From Rubripirellula sp. (GTDB lineage: Bacteria; Planctomycetota; Planctomycetia; Pirellulales; Pirellulaceae): a DNA stretch of 64,000 nt. Location: the NCBI GenBank assembly GCA_965216875.1, contig OZ244207.1, forward strand, positions 4,928,001 through 4,992,000, read 5' to 3'. A program made the translations under genes and the position numbers. Under the pieces are notes generated by a model. That model made no database searches. It worked only from the letters and a program-made list of their open reading frames with translations, and was not told the DNA's origin. Positions 1 to 9,417 of this stretch are shown here, one piece after another (positions within the stretch are counted from its first letter, which is position 1; each line of letters opens with the position of its first letter).

Positions 1-746
1 ATCTGTGGCAAACGGTTTTCGGCCAAGTCGTCCATATGCGACTTGATCAACGTCCGCATCTCTTCAAAGTGCGGGAAGTCAGGCTTCATCTGCTTGAGCA
101 AACACTCGCTCAGGTCACGCGCCGCGATCCCGGCTGGCTCGAGCGATTGGACGACGTCCAATGCGACCTTTGCAAGTTCGAGGTCTTCATCGGTGCTGCC
201 GGCGGGCAACAGGTCGGCCAGTGGCGTTCGCAAGCGGCCGCCATCACGTGCATCGAGCGTGCTGATGATTCGCTCGGCGATCTGTTCGACGCGATCGTCG
301 ATGTCCATCTCGGAGAGTTGGTGCAACAGAAAATCGTTCAGCGATTCGGGCCGCGACTGGGCATTAGCCATCAGGTCGTGGCGTCGGTCAGCATCTTCTT
401 GGATGCGGTTGGCCGATCGACGAAACGAATCGTCAAAGGTGTTGGGCATCTCCGAGAGCATGTTTTGCAAACGCTCGAAGTCCTCTTGGTTGTCATGGTC
501 GTTGTCGACAACCAATTCCTTTTCGTCTTCGCTGCGGGTGTCCTTGGTCGCTTCTTCGGTTCGCTCTTCGGGCGCCAGCGGATCGACGTCCTGCTGTTCC
601 AGCAACGGGTTCTCGTTCATCTCCTGTTCGATGCGTTCCTGCAGCGCAAGCATGGGCAGCTGCAAAATCTCCATCGACTGGATCATTCGCGGCGCAAGCT
701 TTTGCGTTTGGATTTGTCGGGCCTGGAGGCCCATCGACATTCGCAT
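1..746 (-). CDS. rpoN: RNA polymerase sigma-54 factor, N-terminal part (runs off window)
   Basis: Manual minus-strand translation from ATG at 746 gives MRMSMGLQARQIQTQKLAPRMIQSMEILQLPMLALQERIEQEMNENPLLE, the Gln/Leu-rich region I of RpoN. Not in the ORF track because it is truncated. Confidence 0.93.
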   Translation of the reverse strand, partial: MRMSMGLQARQIQTQKLAPRMIQSMEILQLPMLALQERIEQEMNENPLLEQQDVDPLAPEERTEEATKDTRSEDEKELVVDNDHDNQEDFERLQNMLSEMPNTFDDSFRRSANRIQEDADRRHDLMANAQSRPESLNDFLLHQLSEMDIDDRVEQIAERIISTLDARDGGRLRTPLADLLPAGSTDEDLELAKVALDVVQSLEPAGIAARDLSECLLKQMKPDFPHFEEMRTLIKSHMDDLAENRLPQ

Positions 747-923
747 GACAGCGATCTCGTGAAAAAGCGAAACTTCCTTGACGTCTAGACACCCTTTAGA
801 AGCGTCTAGTGAATCATAGGTCGCAGTCGGGTCGGAAATAGGTGCGAAAAACACCGCGTTTCACGGAAAAACTGGCATTCTCCCGGCTGACCCGCAACGA
901 CTCTGCGAATTCCGTTCCATTTA

Positions 924-1523
924 TTATAGTTTTTGCCGCCCCGTCAATGCGTCCGCGATCATTTCGCGGTTGGCATACTCCAGAACACTGCCGGCGGTGA
1001 TTCCCCGGGCCAGCCGGGTGATTTCGACCGGAAACTCGCTCAAAAGGTTGCTGATATAGAGCGAAGTGCCGTCGCCTTCGACCGTCGGATTGGTCGCCAT
1101 AATGACTTCGACAAAATTTCCGGTTCTGACCCGATCGACCAGCGGATCGATGGTCAGTTGGTCAGGGCCGATGCCATCGAGGGGTGCAATTCGGCCAAGC
1201 AGGACGTGGTAAAGCCCCTTGAAAACGCCAGCCTGCTCGAGGCTCATCAGATCGCGCGGCTGTTCGACCACACACAACCGGGTGGTGTCCCGCGCCGGGT
1301 CCGAGCAGATCGCACAGGTTTCGCTCTCGGACAGATTGAAACAGCTGGCGCAGTAGCGAACGTCCTGGCGGACACGGCGGATCGACTCGGCAAGCGCCAA
1401 CGCTTCCTGTTCGCTCACACGAAGAATGTGAAACGCGAGACGCTCGGCACTTTTGCGCCCGATCCCAGGCAGCCGCCCAAGCTGTTCGACTAATTCAGCA
1501 ACCGCCCCGGCATGTTCGCTCAT
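924..1523 (-). CDS. recR: Recombination mediator RecR
   Basis: LPGIGRKSAERLAFH HhH motif, C4 zinc finger (CASC..CAIC), Toprim 'VVEQPRD', 'ATNPTVEGD'. Start reassigned to ATG 1523, which overlaps the ybaB stop. Confidence 0.97.
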   Translation of the reverse strand: MSEHAGAVAELVEQLGRLPGIGRKSAERLAFHILRVSEQEALALAESIRRVRQDVRYCASCFNLSESETCAICSDPARDTTRLCVVEQPRDLMSLEQAGVFKGLYHVLLGRIAPLDGIGPDQLTIDPLVDRVRTGNFVEVIMATNPTVEGDGTSLYISNLLSEFPVEITRLARGITAGSVLEYANREMIADALTGRQKL

Positions 1524-1879
1524 CAACCGCCACCAGTCAGGTTGGTCAACATCTTGTCGATGCCGGGCATGTTCAAATCCATGTCGGCAACCATTTGACG
1601 AATCGATTCGGCATAGAGCGCCTTGGCCGCAGCACCTGCCGCGTTGGTCGCTTCCAAAACCGCTTGTTCCAATTCGTGGCCTTCGATTCCTTCGGAAATG
1701 GTCACCGACTCGACATGCCCTACGCCATTCATGACGATCTGAACACGGCTGCATCCCGAGCTGGCACTGACCGTTTCGCCTTTCATGCGGTCGTTAAGCT
1801 CTTGCAGCTTTTCCGGCATTGCCTGAACTTGGCCCATGATCGAAGCGATATTGCCAAGGTTACCCAATCCTTTGAACAT
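1523..1879 (-). CDS. ybaB: YbaB/EbfC family nucleoid-associated protein
   Basis: 118 aa, typical helix-beta-helix pattern, canonical position between dnaX and recR. Confidence 0.9.
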   Translation of the reverse strand: MFKGLGNLGNIASIMGQVQAMPEKLQELNDRMKGETVSASSGCSRVQIVMNGVGHVESVTISEGIEGHELEQAVLEATNAAGAAAKALYAESIRQMVADMDLNMPGIDKMLTNLTGGG

Positions 1880-1956
1880 TGGATCGATTCCTATTCCGTG
1901 TCAATTGTTTGTGAGGAACGTGTCTGGTTTATCGTAGCGATGAGGGCTTCAAATCA

Positions 1957-3828
1957 CTATCGCGGCTTGTCGATCCGCACAATCTCAGCTTCGAAGATCT
2001 CGATGCAAGATCGCACCGCCGGGTTGGATTCAATCTCACGCATCCGCTGCATGCGTGATGGCCGCTGAGCGGTCGGTTCTTTGGCCACAGCCTTGGCCTT
2101 GGGCGCGGCCATGTCGAGCTCCAAGGTGATTGCTCGACCTGCGACCTGAGAGACCGAATTGGCGATCGCCGTACGATGCTCCGGCAAATCACAACGACTC
2201 ATCGCCAGCTTCGACTCGGCCGGAAAAACCAACTTCAACTTGTCACTGCCAACGGGCACAACCGACTCGACTGAAAGTGCCAACGATTCGGTGATCGCTT
2301 CCAGTTGGCTGATTGCACTCTTCCAAACCTTTTGCACCGTCGGCGGATCCCAACGGTCGATCGAACGGCCAGAGGAGGGTGGAGCAAGCGTAGCAACAGA
2401 CGCGGACTGTGTTGCAACGGGCGCGGACTGTGTTGCGGCAGGCTGCGGTGTGGATTGCGACGGAGGGTGTGTTGATCCCGAAGTGGCTGGCGCTGAACTG
2501 GCTGCCCCAGCCGAAGGTTGCGGGTGGGCGGGGACAGACGCCGAGGAAACAGGCGAGGTCGGTGCAGATATGACCGGCGCTGATTGGGTTGGCGCGGTTG
2601 AGCCCGATTCAGACGCAGGCTTAGGCGCTACCCTGTTTTTTTTTTCGCCCGACGCTGCCGAGCCTGCTGCGGCCGCCAAGTCGGCGATGTTTTGCAAATC
2701 GGGGAGATTGCAGATTTGAATCAGCGTCGCTTCCAACAGCACTCGGCCGTAAACACTGTGTCGAATGCGGACGAGCGTTTGGTCCACCAACCCGACAACG
2801 GCCAACACCGTTTGTAATCCCCACTGATCACCGAGCGTCTTGAGTTCTTCGGCCAACGAAGCGGAGGTGTGCCGCTGCATCGATGCATCGCATCCGACGG
2901 TCACCGCCATCAAGTCTCGAAAGTACCCGAGCAATTGTTCGGCCAATCGTCCCGCATCGACTCCGGCATCGATCGCGGCGTCGAGTTGTTTCATTGCAGC
3001 CGATGCGTCGCGACCGGCCATTGATTTGGCAAGTGCATGAAGCCGTTCGTCGTCGGCGGTTCCCAACATTTGGTGAACCTGATCCGACGTCAGTTTGCCG
3101 TCACTAAAACTGAGGACCTGTTCGAGCAGCGATTGGCTGTCTCGCATGGAACCGGCGGCGCGACGTGCGATCAATTCAAGCGCGGCGTCTTCTGCTTCGG
3201 CCGATTCCGCCGTCACGATCTCGCGCAATCGCCCGACGATCTTTGTCACCTCGACGGGAGCGAAATCGAATCGCTGACAACGACTCAGCACGGTGATCGG
3301 AATCTTTTCCGGATCGGTCGTGCAGAAGATGAACTTCACATGTTCGGGTGGTTCTTCAAGCGTCTTCAAAAGCGCGTTGAAGGCCGGCGCGGTCAACATG
3401 TGGACTTCGTCGATGATGTAAATCTTGAACCGCGATCGACTCGGCCGAACACCAACGTTGGCGCGAAGACTTCGAATCTCGTCGATACCCCGATTACTGG
3501 CACCGTCGATTTCGATCACATCAACGTCTTCGCCCGCGTCGATCGCCTGGGCGACGTCGCTGCTGCCGTCCGGATCGGCCGTTGGCCCGCCTGGATCATT
3601 GAGCGCTTTGGCAAAGATCCGCGCCGTGCTTGTCTTGCCGACTCCGCGAGCACCGGTGAAGAGATAGGCGTGCCCGACGCGACTGGTTTCAATCGCGTTC
3701 TTGAGTGCGCGGCCGACGTGCTCTTGTCCAACCAGTTCATCGAAACCGCGCGGACGATAACGCCGCGCGACGACAACGTAGTTGCCATCTTTGGAGGAGG
3801 GATCGGGAGTGCCAGGAGAGTCAGTCAT
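1957..3828 (-). CDS. dnaX: DNA polymerase III subunit gamma/tau
   Basis: ARRYRP, Walker A GARGVGKT, EIDGAS, IIDEVHM, SRC motif. A Pro/Ser/Ala linker precedes the C-terminal tau domain. Confidence 0.98.
   Translation of the reverse strand: MTDSPGTPDPSSKDGNYVVVARRYRPRGFDELVGQEHVGRALKNAIETSRVGHAYLFTGARGVGKTSTARIFAKALNDPGGPTADPDGSSDVAQAIDAGEDVDVIEIDGASNRGIDEIRSLRANVGVRPSRSRFKIYIIDEVHMLTAPAFNALLKTLEEPPEHVKFIFCTTDPEKIPITVLSRCQRFDFAPVEVTKIVGRLREIVTAESAEAEDAALELIARRAAGSMRDSQSLLEQVLSFSDGKLTSDQVHQMLGTADDERLHALAKSMAGRDASAAMKQLDAAIDAGVDAGRLAEQLLGYFRDLMAVTVGCDASMQRHTSASLAEELKTLGDQWGLQTVLAVVGLVDQTLVRIRHSVYGRVLLEATLIQICNLPDLQNIADLAAAAGSAASGEKKNRVAPKPASESGSTAPTQSAPVISAPTSPVSSASVPAHPQPSAGAASSAPATSGSTHPPSQSTPQPAATQSAPVATQSASVATLAPPSSGRSIDRWDPPTVQKVWKSAISQLEAITESLALSVESVVPVGSDKLKLVFPAESKLAMSRCDLPEHRTAIANSVSQVAGRAITLELDMAAPKAKAVAKEPTAQRPSRMQRMREIESNPAVRSCIEIFEAEIVRIDKPR
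2636..2645 (-). other. A10 homopolymer slippage/frameshift site in dnaX
   Basis: Sense sequence GAA AAA AAA AAC (codons 395-398). The alternative frames stop at TAA 2621-2623 and TAG 2628-2630. Confidence 0.7.
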
Positions 3829-3874
3829 CAGACGGGCCGTATCACTCCGATCTCACAAAATCGGCAATCTCCGT

Positions 3875-3986
3875 CTTGTTCGGGGGTGGTACCCCTTACA
3901 CAAAGCTACGCCGCTTATGGCTGCTCCAGTTAAGGCCTGACCAGGTTCACGACTCACAGTCGCAAGAGGCACCACCTCCGAACAAG
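3875..3986 (-). ncRNA. ffs: Signal recognition particle RNA (small bacterial SRP)
   Basis: Long terminal stem (CUUGUUCGG..CCGAACAAG) and helix-8 core GGUCAGG-CCUUAACUGG-AGCAGCC. Lies just upstream of dnaX-ybaB-recR, a known synteny. Confidence 0.9.
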
Positions 3987-4164
3987 CGGGGGGCGGGAGA
4001 ATTTCCGCGGAGATTTCCCCCCTGTCGTTTCATTGGGACCGAACAGTCTACGGCAATCGTCGCTTGCCGAAAAGCCTCTGGTCCCGATTGAATCGCCGAG
4101 ACGATTCACTGGCAGTTTTGGCCCAGGAATGCTGGGCCAAAACAACCGAAAAGTCTCGTCGGGT

Positions 4165-5925
4165 CTACGATCGGCGTTTACCGCCGCGACCGCGTCCGCC
4201 ACCTTTTGACTTCTTGTGGTTCTCGATGTTGTTGTCGACCAACATCGAAACCGTGTCGAGCCAAGTGGGAACGTTGCCACGTTTGGAATCGTCGCCATCG
4301 CGGCTATCACGTCCACGCCGACCTCGACGCGAACGCGAGCGTGGTTCGTCATCATCGTCGTCGTCACGTGAGCGTCGCGAACGATCTTCGGCATAGCCGC
4401 GATCGTCGTCATCACGATCGCGATCACGCCCTCGCGATCGACCGCGTCGTCCGCGGCGAATCACTTCGGCTTCGACATCATCTTCATGGTCATCATCGAA
4501 CGCAGACGAATCGTCGTAGCTCTTTTCTGAATCGGAATCCGAATCGCGGCGTGCGTCCGAGTCACCTCGGCCTCGCCCGCGTCCGCCACGGCGTCCGCGT
4601 CGGCGCGAACGTCGCGGTTGCTCTTCGTCTTGCGAGTCGTCGCCGTCATCGTCGCGGCGCGAAACCAAGACTTCGTCATCAACCTCGTCGGCGCGATCCT
4701 CGTCATCGCGTCGATCGCGGTCATCCCGACGACCTCGACGACGTCCGCGCGGTTGTTCGTCGCGATCACGCTCAGCTCGCGCTTCGCCGCGTCGCGAACG
4801 ACCTCGTCCACGCGACTCTTCACCCGAATTGTCTTCATCGCGATCAGCGGAAGCTCGCGCCGACCGGTCACGCTCGGGCGATCGTTCTCGGTCAGATCGT
4901 GCACGATCGCCGGAACGTCCTCGACCGCGTCCATCACGGTCCGCGCGTTCTTTGCGTGGACGACGTTCCTCTTCCCGATCACCACTTTCTTGATCACCAC
5001 TTTCGGCGCGATCGAGATCTTCTTCGCTCATGCGTTGACGCTGACCACGTCGGCCGCGTCGGCTTCGGCCGCCACGCGAATCACGATCTTCGTCCCCTTC
5101 CTCACGTGAACGACGTCGGCGAGGTTGCTCTTCTTTGTCTTCCTCGCCTGAATCGCTTCGATCGCGAGAGCGTCCGCTTGGCTTGTCATCGCGCGAACGA
5201 TCGTCGTCGCGTGAGCGTCGTTCATCGCGGCGGCCACGGCGTCGTCGCGGTCGCTCTTTGGCATCGTCATCGCTACGGGAAACCGCTTCGGCAGCGGAAC
5301 CTGATTCGTCCTCACCCGACGGTTCTAGGGTAGCCGCCTCTTCGATCACTTCCGCGTCGTCGCTTTCGTCCACTGGTTCGGGGCCAAGGTCCAAACCCAA
5401 ACCGTCGCCAAAGCCTGAAGCTTTGCGTTTCTTGGTGGGCTTGGCCGATTTTTCCTGCTTCGACTTTGCGGGCTTCTTGAGAGCCTCGGTCACGACTGGA
5501 GATTCGCTTCGCGCCGGTGGCGCCGCAGGCTCAACGCCCAACTCGGCAGCCAAACCACCCCAAGCAGCATCAAGCTCGGAATCGTCTTCGGCGTTTTCCT
5601 CAGCAACCGGCTCGGCCTCTTCAGCCGGCTGAAAACCGGGCAACAACTTCTTGGGCACAACCGTCTTGAGAGCATCAAGAACGCTGCTTTCGGACTTCAC
5701 CTCGCCGTCGCTGGCTTCCGCTTCATCAGATGCTGCGGCTTCGACAGGTTCGGCAGTTTGTTTGGGATCGTTATCCTCGGTCGCTTCAGGCGGCGTGTCG
5801 TCTTGCTCGGCTGATTCGGACGCTTTGGCTTGGGCGTTGGCTTCTTTCGAATCTTCCTTAGGCGGATCTGCCGGGCCTGGGGTGCCCAGCAAATTGGCCA
5901 GGAAGTTCCAGTGGTCGGATTTCAT
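4165..5925 (-). CDS. Hypothetical intrinsically disordered protein with acidic N-half and Arg/Asp/Gly mixed-charge C-half
   Basis: 586-aa ORF with short hydrophobic motifs (HWNFLANLLG, AWGGLAAELG, VPTWLDTVSMLV) separated by low-complexity tracts. Confidence 0.8.
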   Translation of the reverse strand: MKSDHWNFLANLLGTPGPADPPKEDSKEANAQAKASESAEQDDTPPEATEDNDPKQTAEPVEAAASDEAEASDGEVKSESSVLDALKTVVPKKLLPGFQPAEEAEPVAEENAEDDSELDAAWGGLAAELGVEPAAPPARSESPVVTEALKKPAKSKQEKSAKPTKKRKASGFGDGLGLDLGPEPVDESDDAEVIEEAATLEPSGEDESGSAAEAVSRSDDDAKERPRRRRGRRDERRSRDDDRSRDDKPSGRSRDRSDSGEEDKEEQPRRRRSREEGDEDRDSRGGRSRRGRRGQRQRMSEEDLDRAESGDQESGDREEERRPRKERADRDGRGRGRSGDRARSDRERSPERDRSARASADRDEDNSGEESRGRGRSRRGEARAERDRDEQPRGRRRGRRDDRDRRDDEDRADEVDDEVLVSRRDDDGDDSQDEEQPRRSRRRGRRGGRGRGRGDSDARRDSDSDSEKSYDDSSAFDDDHEDDVEAEVIRRGRRGRSRGRDRDRDDDDRGYAEDRSRRSRDDDDDDEPRSRSRRGRRGRDSRDGDDSKRGNVPTWLDTVSMLVDNNIENHKKSKGGGRGRGGKRRS

Positions 5926-6406
5926 AAATGTCGTGTGGATGAGAGGGTGGTTACGCGGGACCCGATCGCGAAAGCGTAGGGGCGTCTAGCGAGGGAGCGA
6001 CGTGCGAAGGGGGATGCAAAAGGGCATCACAACCGGAAACATCGCCGTCGTGTCATCAAATTGGTCGCGTAGAAATTCGTCCAACCGGTGCCGTCGCGTC
6101 AGGTCAGTATTTAATAGGATCAGAGCTGTCTTTTTTGCTCTGTGGGCTCTCGTGCTTTGACTATATGTATAGCTCGCGACGTTTTTTCCCCCAAGGCCAA
6201 GCAGCTTTTCTCAGCAGGGGCAAACGCGGATTCGGCCCCCCGTCCTGCTCGCAGAGAGCCACCTGATTGTGGCTTCGCTTGCGTCAGCCCCAGCGAATCG
6301 GGGACTTTCGGCCGGTTTTGGCGTTTCGAGTCGGCCCACTCCGACAAGCAACTTCGCGGCAAAGTTTTTTCACCTTCTTCATCTTTTTGTGACCCGTTCT
6401 GCCCCC

Positions 6407-7558
6407 ATGGCTGATTCCGCTGCTCGTCCCGTTCGACCTCTGATTGTTTTGGGCACCCGCCCCGAAGCGGTCAAACTTTCGCCAGTCATCCTTGAATGCC
6501 AAAAGCGAGCGGGAATTGCCCCGATTGTCTGTAGCACCGGCCAGCACCGCGAAATGCTCGCTCAGGTCCTGGGGTATTTCGGAATCGAACCTGAAATCGA
6601 CCTTGGTTTGATGAAGCCTGGGCAGACGCTCGCGGGCTTGACCGCCAGTTGTATGACGGCGGTCGATCACGTGATTTCCGAGCAACAACCCGATTGCGTT
6701 GTCGTCCAAGGTGACACGACCACCGTGATGGTCGCTGCCATGGCCGCGTTCTACCACCAGCTTCCGGTCGTCCATGTCGAGGCCGGACTGCGAACCGGCG
6801 ACTTGCTTGCTCCTTGGCCCGAGGAATTTAATCGCCGAGTGGCGGGGATCGTGACGGACCTGCACTGCGCCCCGACACAACGGGCAGCGGACGCGTTGCT
6901 AGCCGAGTCGGTCGATCCGGCTCACGTTCGCGTCACTGGAAACACCGTCATCGACGCTCTCCTGTTTACCGTCGAAAAGGAGAGGCAAGATGACTCGAGG
7001 TGGCGAGAGAAATACCCCATGGCCACCGGCGACTCGGTCGTCTTGATCACGGGACATCGTCGCGAGAATTTCGGTGGCGGCCTGCAGCAGACTTGTGGGG
7101 CGATTGCCGACCTTGCTCGTCTGCACTCGGACACCGAGTTCATCTACCCGGTCCACCTCAACCCGAACGTCAAAGGCCCCGTTCACGAGTTGCTCTCTGG
7201 GCTGGCCAACGTCCACCTCGTGCCACCGGCGGACTACAACGAATTCGTTTGGCTGATGGACCGCGCGGACGTTGTTCTGACTGATAGCGGAGGCGTCCAG
7301 GAAGAGGCTCCTTCACTCGGAAGCGCCGTGCTCGTGACTCGCGAAAAGACCGAACGACCCGAAGCGCTCGAAGCCGGCTTGGCTGAATTGGTAGGCACCG
7401 ACCGCGAATTGATCGTCAAGCGAGTCAGTGAGTCGCTTGCTGCAAAGGCTGACAAAACTGATGAGCAAGCATCAGTCGTCAACAACCCCTACGGCGACGG
7501 AAAAGCGTCTCAGCGGATCGCCGACTGGATCATCGAAGCTTACCGAACACAGACCTAA
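6407..7558 (+). CDS. wecB: UDP-N-acetylglucosamine 2-epimerase (non-hydrolysing)
   Basis: GTRPEAVK, TGQHREM, VQGDT, HVEAGLR, PEEFNR, HRREN and TDSGGVQEEAP motifs. Confidence 0.97.
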   Translation: MADSAARPVRPLIVLGTRPEAVKLSPVILECQKRAGIAPIVCSTGQHREMLAQVLGYFGIEPEIDLGLMKPGQTLAGLTASCMTAVDHVISEQQPDCVVVQGDTTTVMVAAMAAFYHQLPVVHVEAGLRTGDLLAPWPEEFNRRVAGIVTDLHCAPTQRAADALLAESVDPAHVRVTGNTVIDALLFTVEKERQDDSRWREKYPMATGDSVVLITGHRRENFGGGLQQTCGAIADLARLHSDTEFIYPVHLNPNVKGPVHELLSGLANVHLVPPADYNEFVWLMDRADVVLTDSGGVQEEAPSLGSAVLVTREKTERPEALEAGLAELVGTDRELIVKRVSESLAAKADKTDEQASVVNNPYGDGKASQRIADWIIEAYRTQT

Positions 7559-7810
7559 CAGCGTCGCGAGCATTTGCCTCCAACAAACTGGCGGTTGAAA
7601 GCAAAACTGGTGCTCTGTCCCCGCCAGCGTCAGCCAGGGGACAGGCACTCGATGGGGGCAGCCAAAATGTCCGCGTTGGGTGCGCTATCCGCTCAAGCGT
7701 TCGTGGTGCTCTGTCCCCGCCAAGAGCATTCGCAGACAGAGGACAGGCATAGGCAATGTGGCAGAAGGTGGTCTGTCCCTGTGTCGAGGCGGGCCAAGAC
7801 TCGATGGCAC

Positions 7811-8242
7811 CTACCGTTTCGGCCAGAGAGACTCTGAGCTCGGGTTCTTCGATTCGGCGGGCGGGCTCGAAAGCGAAAAGGGCTCAAACCGCGGCTGGGT
7901 ATCGGACCGACATTCGCTCACGGTCGCCGAATCGGCTTCGGGCAAACGCGGAGCAACGCTGCTGGGCGCGTAGGGATCCACAGCGATCTGCGGTGAAGCA
8001 ACTTTGTGCGACACCCTTTTGATCACAGACTCATCTTGGTGCTCTGTCCCCGCGGCCACACGTGGGTGCTCTGTCCCCGCGGCTTGGTGCTCTGTCCCCA
8101 CATCGGGGCTTGGCCCCACATCGGGGCTCGAAGGTTGTTCGAGCACACCGCCAGCCTGGCGATTCCAACCGAGACCGCTGCAACCAGCCACCGCGATGGT
8201 CGTCGCAGCGGCGATCAAGAGTGTGCATGAACGAGCTTGCAT
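7811..8242 (-). CDS. Small putative lipoprotein containing in-frame repeat insertions
   Basis: Signal peptide with lipobox (AVAG-C), followed by a disordered body with 3x GTEH encoded by the repeat motif. Confidence 0.55.
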   Translation of the reverse strand: MQARSCTLLIAAATTIAVAGCSGLGWNRQAGGVLEQPSSPDVGPSPDVGTEHQAAGTEHPRVAAGTEHQDESVIKRVSHKVASPQIAVDPYAPSSVAPRLPEADSATVSECRSDTQPRFEPFSLSSPPAESKNPSSESLWPKR

Positions 8243-8626
8243 GGTCGTTTCATCGGCGCCCTACCAGGCTCAAGACCCGAATGTTTGATTCCAGCCGAAC
8301 GACCGTTGTGACCCGACAGACCGGCAAAACGCGAACAATTGGAAGGACCGAATCGACCACTACAACCGGTAATCTTTGCCATCAACCTTCCAATAGGGGA
8401 CAGGCACTCAAAAGGGGACAGGCACCTTCAAATTCATGACCCAACGACGGAAACCTGCATTGTTCCTGTGCTCTGTCCCCGGCGACGAGATATTGGCGCT
8501 CTGTCCCCAGGCGAAGCTCGAGCAAATGGACGGGTACCAAGGGGACAGGCACCTACAAATGCATGCCCCATCCCCGGAAGCCTGTTGCTTTGTTTCACGA
8601 ACGTTCCAAGGCGAGGAGACTGGGCA

Positions 8627-8700
8627 AACCGCGGATGAACACTGATCGACGCAGATGCCAGCACCGCTGATCTGCGTTCATGGGCGTTCATCTGCGGTTT
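8627..8700. repeat. Imperfect palindromic repeat (AACCGCGGATGAAC...GTTCATCTGCGGTT)
   Basis: Inverted arms visible directly. Resembles short-period palindromes that I recall flanking GxxExxY genes (not verified). Confidence 0.6.
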
Positions 8701-8860
8701 CCTTGCCTGTCCCCGGGCGAGGCTCGGTGCCCGGGCGAAGCTCGGTGAGATGTGCTCTGTCCCCGAGATGACAATTGGTGCTCTGTCCCCGGGCTGTGAG
8801 ATTGGGTGGTTGCTAGCAAAAAACCGGCGGAAAAATCGGCTTCAACTGCGGCTGCTACGT

Positions 8861-8888
8861 TTGACAAGCCTGCGACAATCAATACGAT
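8861..8888 (+). promoter_or_regulatory. Putative sigma-70 promoter
   Basis: TTGACA-N16-TACGAT, about 205 bp upstream of the alpha-CTD gene. Confidence 0.55.
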
Positions 8889-9092
8889 TTCGCCCCAGGG
8901 AATTCAAACATCAAGGATTCCCCATCTTCGCTGATCCGGATGACCCGTATTAGCGAACGATGCGATTCGGCAATGTCAAAGGGAAAAGACCTGTTTCGGT
9001 GACGCGGGTATCCAACACCAGCTCTCATCGATTTCGGGAAGCCGGATCAACGACCACGGGACCAAGATCACCAGGGAAAGAAGGAGTTTGGT

Positions 9093-9362
9093 ATGACCCG
9101 CATTCCACTGAGCCGCGCGGAAGAAGAAGCTCGCTTGCGTCGTGAGCGTCTCGACTTGAGCATCGCCGAAATGGGCTTGAGCGTTCGCACCACAAACTGC
9201 TTGGAAGAAACAGGCATTTTGACCGTCCGCGACCTGCTCAACGCGACGCCACGCCGCCTCTTGGCAATCTCGAACTTCGGCGAAAAGACGCTCGAGGAAG
9301 TCTACATCGCCCTGGAAAAGCTGGGCTTCTACCGCCCTAGTCGCGAGGCAGTTGCCTCCTAG
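9093..9362 (+). CDS. Stand-alone RNA polymerase alpha subunit C-terminal-domain protein
   Basis: SIAEMGLSVRTTNCLEETGILTVRDLL...ISNFGEKTLEEV matches the RpoA CTD consensus. 89 aa, with an AAGGAG RBS. Confidence 0.9.
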   Translation: MTRIPLSRAEEEARLRRERLDLSIAEMGLSVRTTNCLEETGILTVRDLLNATPRRLLAISNFGEKTLEEVYIALEKLGFYRPSREAVAS

Positions 9363-9401
9363 TCCAGACGGCAATTGCCTTCCATCTGCCACCGCCAGCA
9401 A

Positions 9402-9417
9402 TTGGCATCGTTCCTGC
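9402..9417 (+). promoter_or_regulatory. Possible sigma-54 (-24/-12) promoter
   Basis: TTGGCATCGTTCCTGC has correct GG-N10-GC spacing, about 150 bp upstream of the 9569 operon. Confidence 0.35.

Larger units (their letters stand above)
7609..8790. repeat. Cluster of about 16 short repeats GTGC(T)CTGTCCCC / GGGGACAGGCAC
   Basis: Copies at 7609, 7637, 7705, 8038, 8065, 8086, 8396, 8414, 8468, 8495, 8541, 8704, 8752 and 8777, plus degenerate copies near 7739 and 7768. Both orientations occur. Confidence 0.9.

Noticed and set aside
36..788. 250-aa and 239-aa plus-strand ORFs
   Set aside because: Antisense shadows of rpoN.
924..1754. 276-aa extended RecR
   Set aside because: The extension overlaps ybaB in another frame, and RecR homology starts at ATG 1523.
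7609..8790. Possible degenerate CRISPR or iteron array
   Set aside because: The repeats are only 12-13 bp, occur in both orientations with irregular spacing, and have no cas or rep gene nearby.
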